NCBI GenBank assembly: GCA_934691225.1
Contig: CAKUSQ010000005.1
Location: 1 to 13,641, forward strand
Direction: 5' to 3'
DNA length: 13,641 nt
DNA from: an uncultured Opitutales bacterium
Lineage (GTDB): Bacteria; Verrucomicrobiota; Verrucomicrobiia; Opitutales; UBA9783
The position numbers and the translations under genes were made by a program. Shown in pieces: positions 7,504-13,325 of the stretch; the first letter of the stretch is position 1; each line of letters starts with the position of its first letter. The notes beneath the pieces are model-generated. The model was not told the DNA's origin and searched no databases. It saw only the letters and a program-made list of their open reading frames with translations.

Positions 7504-8691
7504 ATGAAGATGGTTACCTGTATTTATTTGTTGTCAGGATTATGTTTATGGTTGGGCTTTAAAAGAAATTTATACTTTTCGACATGCTACTTGTTTTTGG
7601 GGTATTTCTTTTTGGTATACTTCCCTTGGCAGATTAGCACATCTTGGAAGGATTATTATTTAGCAAGTTTTTTATTATGTTTTTCTTTAGGTTCGTGTTT
7701 TTATTTTAATTTACCTACTTTATTTGTTAATTCCGATCGTTCAAAAAATCTTGTAAAAAAAATCATTGTAGGTGTTTGTGGGTTTTTGTTTCTACTGGCC
7801 ACTTCTCGTATTATCTATAGATGGCTTCCTATTCAGAAAAATTATGTAAATATCCGATTGCTTTTAGCATTGAATATCAATTATTGGGAATACTTGTGTT
7901 TTTTTAAAATAAGTTTATTTATTCTTCCTTTATTTTCTTTTTCGTTGAGGAACAAATTTTTTAAAATCTTTTTTTGGCTTTTGAGTGCTTGTGTTTTATG
8001 TATCCCTTTGCATAAAAGTCTAGTGTTTTTTTATTGTTTAGTTTCCTTTTTCTCTTTGTTTTTGCTGAAAAATACTAATCGTTTGGTATTGAAGTGCAAA
8101 ACTGTTTTTATTTTTGCCTGTATTATATATTTTTTTATATGGCTAATTTTTTGCATTTTTAACCAAAGGTTTTTACCTTTATCATCTGTAGTTTCAAGAA
8201 CATTTACAAGTGTGAAGAAAATTTCCTACCTGGGTTTGGATTATGCATACAAAAATAAAGTGTATTCATGTGGTGCTTCAAGTTTTAGTAAAATGTATTG
8301 TTTATTTTCTAAAAACAAAGTACAACAACGTCTTGATAAGAAGATTCTGTCTTTGTATGCAGGTGTTGACGAATCTAAAATATCATCTGGTGCGGGGGCA
8401 AACACACCAACACCTATTCCGTTATATGTAGATTTTGGTTGGTATGCGCTAATTTTTGCATTTTTGTTGGGTATGTATTTAAAAACAATTGATATTCTAA
8501 TGATAAATTTTTGCAGCGATAACAGAATTACCCCATTGATAGCAATCAGTTACTCTTGTTGCTTAGTAGGTTCTAGTTTGTTTATGATAACTGCAATGGG
8601 AACTGCGTTGTTATCAGGTGGTATATTACTCTATTCAGTACTATTGTTTTTGTTTATGAATTTGGAGAGAAAACCAAAAAAGGAATCATAA
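7504..8691 (+). CDS. wzy: Polytopic inner-membrane protein; candidate O-antigen/repeat-unit polymerase (Wzy)
   Basis: 395-aa ORF, extremely hydrophobic and Phe/Leu-rich, with roughly 10 or more predicted TM stretches and one longer hydrophilic loop (about aa 225-300). It has very low GC, sits between the GTs and wzx, and has a strong SD. Wzy proteins lack conserved motifs, so the call rests on topology and context. Confidence 0.55.
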   Translation: MKMVTCIYLLSGLCLWLGFKRNLYFSTCYLFLGYFFLVYFPWQISTSWKDYYLASFLLCFSLGSCFYFNLPTLFVNSDRSKNLVKKIIVGVCGFLFLLATSRIIYRWLPIQKNYVNIRLLLALNINYWEYLCFFKISLFILPLFSFSLRNKFFKIFFWLLSACVLCIPLHKSLVFFYCLVSFFSLFLLKNTNRLVLKCKTVFIFACIIYFFIWLIFCIFNQRFLPLSSVVSRTFTSVKKISYLGLDYAYKNKVYSCGASSFSKMYCLFSKNKVQQRLDKKILSLYAGVDESKISSGAGANTPTPIPLYVDFGWYALIFAFLLGMYLKTIDILMINFCSDNRITPLIAISYSCCLVGSSLFMITAMGTALLSGGILLYSVLLFLFMNLERKPKKES

Positions 8692-8694
8692 TCC

Positions 8695-9924
8695 ATGTTA
8701 ACCCAATTTCTCCAACTATTTTCTTTGAATGGAATCGGACAAGTTTTATATGGCATAAGTGGGCTTGTTATTGTCAGGTTTATATCCATTGAAAACTACG
8801 GAATAGCAGCCTGCATATTAGCGTTTACAAGTTTTTGTAGTTTAATTGCAACAGGCAGATATGATATTCCGATTTTGTATGAAAAAAATGAAAATAAGCG
8901 ACAACAATGTGTAAAATTATGTTATGTTTTGATTCCCACAATATCGGTTGTATGTAGTCTTTGTGGTTTTTATTTGCAAAAATTTTTATTTAAAGGATTG
9001 ACAGTTAATTTTGGAATATTGTCGGTATTTTTTATTTTAATAACTAATAGTTCTTTATTTGAGTTGGTAATCAGAAAAATTTACATACATGAAGGAAAAT
9101 TTAAGCAATTAAGTTATTTATTGTTTACAAATTATCTGTTACGAACCGGTTTACCATTTGTCTTATTATATTTTTGGAAAGATTGGCGTTGTTGTATTTT
9201 GAGCGAAACAATTAGCGTAACTATTTCCTGTAGCATTTTCATATTGAAGAACAGCAATCTAAAAACGATAAATTTTGATCTTGGTATACTAATAGGAACT
9301 TTACGAGAGTATAAGCATTATCCTAAGTACCAATTGCCTTCCACGATTTTAGACTGTGTATCCTTTGCATCTATCATTCCCGCACTTAATTTTTTATTCG
9401 GGAATACTATTGCAGGACAATTTGCTCTCGTTTATAGGGTTTTACTCATCCCGCTTTCTCTGTTAGGGAAAATTATTCAAGATTTTTATCAACACAGCAT
9501 AAGCATTGCGATGCGACATAGAAATCTAGTAAAAGTTTTATCACAATATACAAAAATCTTTATTCTATTTTCTGTATTGATCTATTCTGTAATTCTCTTA
9601 AGTGGTTTGATTTTTTACAAGGTTGGAAACGGTTTTAATGAATTTTTTTATCTATGGCCTGTATTAATTTTAGCCCTGGTTCAATTCATTGTTAGCCCCT
9701 TGTCGGGAGTTTTATTGGCCAACGCAGACGGAGTAAGATATAAAATGTTTTATGATTTTTTTAATTATATTTTGGTTTTGTTGACTTTTGGTATAACCTT
9801 TTTGTTTCAATTTGATCATTGTGTTTGCATAAAATTACTAGCATATGTTTTGATCAGTACTTATCTTATTTATTATCTCTTAATTTACTATTATGTGCGG
9901 AATTTTCGGTATACAGACAATTAA
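8695..9924 (+). CDS. wzx: Polysaccharide repeat-unit flippase, MOP/PST family (Wzx)
   Basis: 409-aa polytopic membrane ORF. The N-terminus (NGIGQVLYGISGLVIVRFISIENYGIAACILAF) resembles the Wzx/PST N-terminal pattern (x-R-x-L-S-x-E-x-Y-G). It is adjacent to the wzy candidate in a glycan operon. Confidence 0.68.
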   Translation: MLTQFLQLFSLNGIGQVLYGISGLVIVRFISIENYGIAACILAFTSFCSLIATGRYDIPILYEKNENKRQQCVKLCYVLIPTISVVCSLCGFYLQKFLFKGLTVNFGILSVFFILITNSSLFELVIRKIYIHEGKFKQLSYLLFTNYLLRTGLPFVLLYFWKDWRCCILSETISVTISCSIFILKNSNLKTINFDLGILIGTLREYKHYPKYQLPSTILDCVSFASIIPALNFLFGNTIAGQFALVYRVLLIPLSLLGKIIQDFYQHSISIAMRHRNLVKVLSQYTKIFILFSVLIYSVILLSGLIFYKVGNGFNEFFYLWPVLILALVQFIVSPLSGVLLANADGVRYKMFYDFFNYILVLLTFGITFLFQFDHCVCIKLLAYVLISTYLIYYLLIYYYVRNFRYTDN

Positions 9925-11824
9925 AGAGCGGAATATAACAGAAATTTTTGCTAATAAAATTTCTAAGTTAATGAACCACCGTGGTCCAAATGCCACCGGA
10001 TTTTATGGTTATAATTTTAATACAGACACCTCGTTTTTAAAAAAAAAAATAGAACAACCATGCAACATAAATTTCTTTTTCATGCACAAACGCTTAGCGA
10101 TTTTAGATCTTACGGAAGCAGGGAATCAACCGATGCAAACTGCAGATGGTCGTTATACAATCATTTTCAATGGTGAGATTTACAATTACAAGATTTTAAG
10201 AAAAAATTTAGAAAAACAAGGAATTAAATTTTTTACTAATTGCGATACAGAGGTTTTATTACAATACTTAATCCATGGTGGGATAAACAATTTACAAGCA
10301 TTAGAAGGAATGTTTGCGTTTGCTTTATTTGACAAGCAAGCAAACAAGCTGGTTTTGGCAAGAGATCCTTTTGGGATAAAACCCTTATACTACTTTAAAA
10401 ATCAAAACATTTTGGCGTTTTCTTCACAAATAGATTGCCTATTGGAAATTCCTTGGTTTGGGGAAAAACGTTTAAATTTAAATAAATATTTACCGTTCTT
10501 GAGACAAGGTACCAGTGATTGTGATGAACAAACATTGATAGATGGGGTTTACCGTTTAGAACCTGGGCAAGTTTTAATTTCAGAAATCACAAATAATACA
10601 TTAAAAACCGAAATAAAAACCTACTTCACTTGGGAGAATAATAGTTACAAGCACGAAGTATTATCTTTCGAAGATACGAAACAACAACTTAGAAAAAAAC
10701 TTGAAGATAGTATTCAAATGCATCTTATAAGCGATGTGCCTGTGTGTTTTAATTTGTCAGGTGGAGTAGACTCTTCAGCCCTTGTAGCTATTGCTTCTCA
10801 GTTGCATGGTAATATTACGGCTTTTACTTACCAGGCAGATGATACCCAAATAGATGAATCTCATTTTGCTGAAGATGTTGCTAAATTTTGTAAAATCAAT
10901 CTTGTTAAAGTAAAAATCAAGCCCGATGATTTTGGAGAAGATTTAGATGATATTATTCTTAAACAAGGTGAACCTTACGCCGGTAGCAGTATTTATGCAC
11001 AAAGAAAATTATACGAAGCACAAGCGAAAGAAGGCTTCAAGGTTTGCCTTGATGGGCAAGGCGGGGATGAATTATTTACTGGTTACCATCCATATTATGC
11101 TTATGCCATGATAGATGCTTTAAAAAGGCATCAATTAAAACGCTTGTTTTATTTGTTAAAAAATATAAATCAAAAGACAATAATTGCCCATTTGTTATAT
11201 ATTATTGTTGGTAAATATCCTCTCTTAAGGCGAATATTAAGGCAAATAGGTGGAAAAGATCTTTGTCCTTTTTATATCGATAGAGGTTTTTTTAAGAAAC
11301 GATTCATCACTCTTAAAAAGTCAAACAGAACAATAAAATCATTACATGATGCTTTAGAGGATGACACAATAAAAACATCCATTCCTACGTTGGTACGCTA
11401 TGCTGATAAAAATGCAATGACATTTTCTATCGAAAATAGAGTTCCATTTTTATGTAATAGCGTTGCTCAATTTGCGCACACATTACCAAATGAGTTTTTG
11501 ATTTCCAATACTGGTTGGCAAAAATTTATTTTACGAAAAGCGGTTGAAGATATTTTGCCTTCAAATGTTATCTGGCGAAAAGATAAAATGGGATTTGTTC
11601 CCCCAGAAAACATATGGTTATTGCACAACAAAAAACTGATAGCAAAAATATTGAATGGTAAAACATTAGAAGCATTACCTGGGGTAAAATCAGATGTTGT
11701 TAGGGAATACTGGAAAAATATAAGTGATAAAAATCAATTAATCGGGTGGCGCACGGATATCGTTTGGCGATTGGTTAATATGATTCGTTGGATAGAATTA
11801 AATGATATAAATTTAAGTTTTTAG
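9893..11824 (+). CDS. Asparagine synthetase B-type glutamine-hydrolysing amidotransferase; probable glycan-tailoring (uronic acid to uronamide) enzyme
   Basis: 643-aa ORF whose start lies 32 nt inside the wzx 3' end. It has the N-terminal Ntn nucleophile MCGIFG, the glutaminase motifs HRGPN and RLAILDL, and the PP-loop ATP-pyrophosphatase motif NLSGGVDSSALVAIAS. Its location as the last operon gene parallels the proposed amidotransferases WbpS/WbtH. Confidence 0.82.
   Translation: MCGIFGIQTIKERNITEIFANKISKLMNHRGPNATGFYGYNFNTDTSFLKKKIEQPCNINFFFMHKRLAILDLTEAGNQPMQTADGRYTIIFNGEIYNYKILRKNLEKQGIKFFTNCDTEVLLQYLIHGGINNLQALEGMFAFALFDKQANKLVLARDPFGIKPLYYFKNQNILAFSSQIDCLLEIPWFGEKRLNLNKYLPFLRQGTSDCDEQTLIDGVYRLEPGQVLISEITNNTLKTEIKTYFTWENNSYKHEVLSFEDTKQQLRKKLEDSIQMHLISDVPVCFNLSGGVDSSALVAIASQLHGNITAFTYQADDTQIDESHFAEDVAKFCKINLVKVKIKPDDFGEDLDDIILKQGEPYAGSSIYAQRKLYEAQAKEGFKVCLDGQGGDELFTGYHPYYAYAMIDALKRHQLKRLFYLLKNINQKTIIAHLLYIIVGKYPLLRRILRQIGGKDLCPFYIDRGFFKKRFITLKKSNRTIKSLHDALEDDTIKTSIPTLVRYADKNAMTFSIENRVPFLCNSVAQFAHTLPNEFLISNTGWQKFILRKAVEDILPSNVIWRKDKMGFVPPENIWLLHNKKLIAKILNGKTLEALPGVKSDVVREYWKNISDKNQLIGWRTDIVWRLVNMIRWIELNDINLSF
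10039..10049 (+). repeat. A11 homopolymeric tract inside the amidotransferase CDS
   Basis: Direct count in tcgttttt-aaaaaaaaaaa-tagaac, which encodes ...FLKKKIE... near codon 50. It is the longest homopolymer I found in the window. Confidence 0.95.
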
Positions 11825-11958
11825 CTAAAGTTAAAAAATTTACGGCAACATTTTATGGTATTGACGTCGATCTAATTGAAAAAAGTTCTACACATTGAAA
11901 TTTGGAGAGTTAGTAATATAACACAAAATGGATGTTGGGGGAATATGCATTCGTACAA

Positions 11959-12860
11959 TTAATGAAAGAAAACAACCGCTTTTGTGTCTTTGCTTCCTTG
12001 GGCTGTTGGTGGCACATTTAAGTTAAAAGTACAACTTCTAAGTTCAAAAAAAAACTGCGAGACTGGGAATGAGAATCCCAAGTATTTTCTGGGTCTAGTG
12101 TTGAGTTTTTATCGGCAATTTGCGAGGTATGCTGCGATGTAAACGGTCTTCATTTTCTTTGAGAAATACCGAAGCAGCAAGCAGTTCATATCTTCGCTAG
12201 TCCCGCGCTCCCACGAGCTGTGCGGATGAGCGAAGTACACCGATGCATTCAAACTTCGATGGTTCTATGGTCGGAAAACTCAGTTTCGGCATCAAGCGCA
12301 ATCGATTTTACGGCCTGTGGAAAGTAGCCAATACTGATAAAATAACATTGTGGCTCTTGCCACTACATCTTACTCAACTTTTGTACTCACTCGCAATCGT
12401 AATTCCAAATTCGATAGGTATAGCTTTATAAAATACCATTTTTTGTAGTTTCCCCAGAAAAATTTTTAAAAGAACGAAAATTTTTAACATTTCGCAATTC
12501 ATCTACCGGACGATGACGTTTCACCGAACTCACTATCTATGCGGGTTATAGCGCAATAAATTACCTCATTTTGCAACCCAGCACATTTCGCTAAAAATAA
12601 GGATATTGGTAAAACTGTTTTAAAAGCCTCGGAATTGCCGTCCCACTATTGTTGGTTTCAAAAGGTAGAATCCTCTCTCCAAAGTCTTCATCCAAGCCCC
12701 GTCCCATTTACAATTTGTATTGGTGGTTTTGTTGGTTTTTGTTTCAAATTATCCCAGATGTTTCAGGAGGTTACATTTTTTAAGAAAAGGCTTTACAGGA
12801 TGCATAAACAGTGACCTAATTGAAACATACAGAGATATCTAGAAACAAGAGGTTAAGTAA
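11959..12860 (-). pseudogene. IS30-family transposase pseudogene (multiple in-frame stops and frameshifts; the 5' end and IRs are not identifiable; boundaries approximate)
   Basis: The minus-strand translation was pieced together across at least 4 frames. VYFAHPHSSWERGTSEDMNCLLLRYFSKK (12154-12240) and KLNTRPRKYLGF (12073-12108) match the IS30-family C-terminal signatures (SWERGTNENTNGLLRQYFPK; LNxRPRKxLG). Weaker matches lie upstream at the expected spacing: IALDAETEFSDH (DNGxEF), FSGETT (WEGD), NEVIYCAI (ETIYxxIY) and RYLCMFQLGH (N-terminal HTH). There is an in-frame TAA at 12109-12111 and at least 5 further stops. Confidence 0.68.
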
Positions 12861-12865
12861 CTGCA

Positions 12866-12915
12866 TTGGTCTCATAACCTGAAGGTCCTTGGTTCAAATC
12901 CAAGCCCTTCACCCA
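12866..12915 (+). tRNA. Truncated tRNA: 3' half of an initiator-like tRNA-Met(CAU), from the anticodon arm to CCA; the 5' half is absent
   Basis: The anticodon loop is CTCATAA (12871-12877) and the variable loop is AGGTC. The T arm CTTGG-TTCAAAT-CCAAG (12888-12904) is fully Watson-Crick. Then come the acceptor 3' strand CCCTTCA, discriminator C and an encoded CCA. By my recollection, 36/45 positions are identical to the 3' part of E. coli tRNA-fMet. No matching acceptor 5' strand or D arm can be built from the upstream sequence. Confidence 0.7.
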
Positions 12916-13185
12916 ATGTTTATGCGGGATAACGTAAGTTGGCTTTTGCGCGTGTTATTTCTGTTGCAACCCTATTGCAACCTTTCAGATAAAATTTTAT
13001 CAAAATATATCCAGGGTGGTAGGTTTTGGATGTTACTTTTGAAAAACGACAAAATTTTTTTGAGATCTTATGAATAAGGTTGTAGATTCCAGAAAATGTC
13101 GCCTTAAGAATATCTTGGGCTAGATGAGCATCCTAAAATTTTCCGTAGTGAAATTTCTACAATCGGTTGTTGCGTTTACTTCCTT

Positions 13186-13288
13186 TGTGACAACTGTGAC
13201 AATCATCAAAAACGCCTTCCGTCCTGCATAAATACTAACAAAACACTGTCACAAAATAAAATGTGACAATTTGTGACAGTTGTGACAA
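13186..13288. repeat. Array of TGTGACA heptamers: five direct copies plus one inverted copy
   Basis: Direct copies are TGTGACAA at 13186, 13195, 13262 and 13281, and TGTGACAG at 13272, spaced 9, 10 and 9 bp within the two sub-clusters. The inverted copy TGTCACA at 13247-13253 forms a perfect 7-bp inverted repeat with the copy at 13262, separated by 8 bp (AAATAAAA). Confidence 0.9.
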
Positions 13289-13325
13289 AAAGGAGGGTAA
13301 ATCTCGCTTGAGGGCATTCCTAAGT

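Noticed and set aside
11825-11958. Search for a rho-independent terminator after the last operon gene, and for a sigma70 promoter around TTGACG (11861-11866)
   Set aside because: I found no GC-rich hairpin followed by a T tract, and the TTGACG has no acceptable -10 hexamer at 16-18 bp spacing. Nothing is supportable by eye.
12243-12431. 62-aa plus-strand ORF (MHSNFDGSMVGKLSF...)
   Set aside because: It lies exactly antisense to the best-conserved part of the IS30 transposase remnant. The open frame is a by-product of the opposite-strand coding history, and there is no SD.
12683-12709. A possible second, weaker copy of the tRNA 3' end (GTCTTCATCCAAGCCCCGTCCCATTTA shares TCCAAGCCC and ...CCCA with 12893-12915), and a related CCGTCCCA / TTGTTGGTTT / GTTTCAAA duplication between 12637-12665 and 12697-12750
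   Set aside because: The matches are short (8-10-mers) and gapped, and no T-arm pairing is retained. The region also reads in frame as part of the IS30 remnant. I cannot distinguish a degenerate att repeat, an internal duplication of the pseudogene and chance without alignment statistics.
12839-12915. Attempt to fold a complete 77-nt tRNA-Met ending at 12915
   Set aside because: The required acceptor 5' strand (12839-12845, CTAGAAA) pairs at only 2 of 7 positions with CCCTTCA. The candidate D stem AGAG/CTGC pairs at 2 of 4. The anticodon stem has a T-C mismatch. Only the 3' half is tRNA-derived, so it is reported as a fragment rather than a gene.
12964-12982. Direct repeat TTGCAACC twice at 11-bp spacing (with a third TTGCAACC at 12571-12578), considered as possible IS30 terminal repeat or transposase-binding sites
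   Set aside because: Only 8 bp are repeated. I could find no inverted partner near the other end of the IS remnant (11880-11960), and the third copy lies inside the transposase coding remnant. The support is insufficient.
12889-13077. 62-aa plus-strand ORF (MVQIQALHPMFMRD...)
   Set aside because: It starts at a non-ATG codon inside the T arm of the tRNA remnant. It has no SD, no motif and an atypical composition, so it is judged spurious.
13247-13268. Reading TGTCACA-N8-TGTGACA as a CRP/cAMP receptor site
   Set aside because: The CRP consensus is TGTGA-N6-TCACA. Here the half-sites are in the opposite (divergent) order and the spacing is wrong, so the palindrome is not a canonical CRP box.
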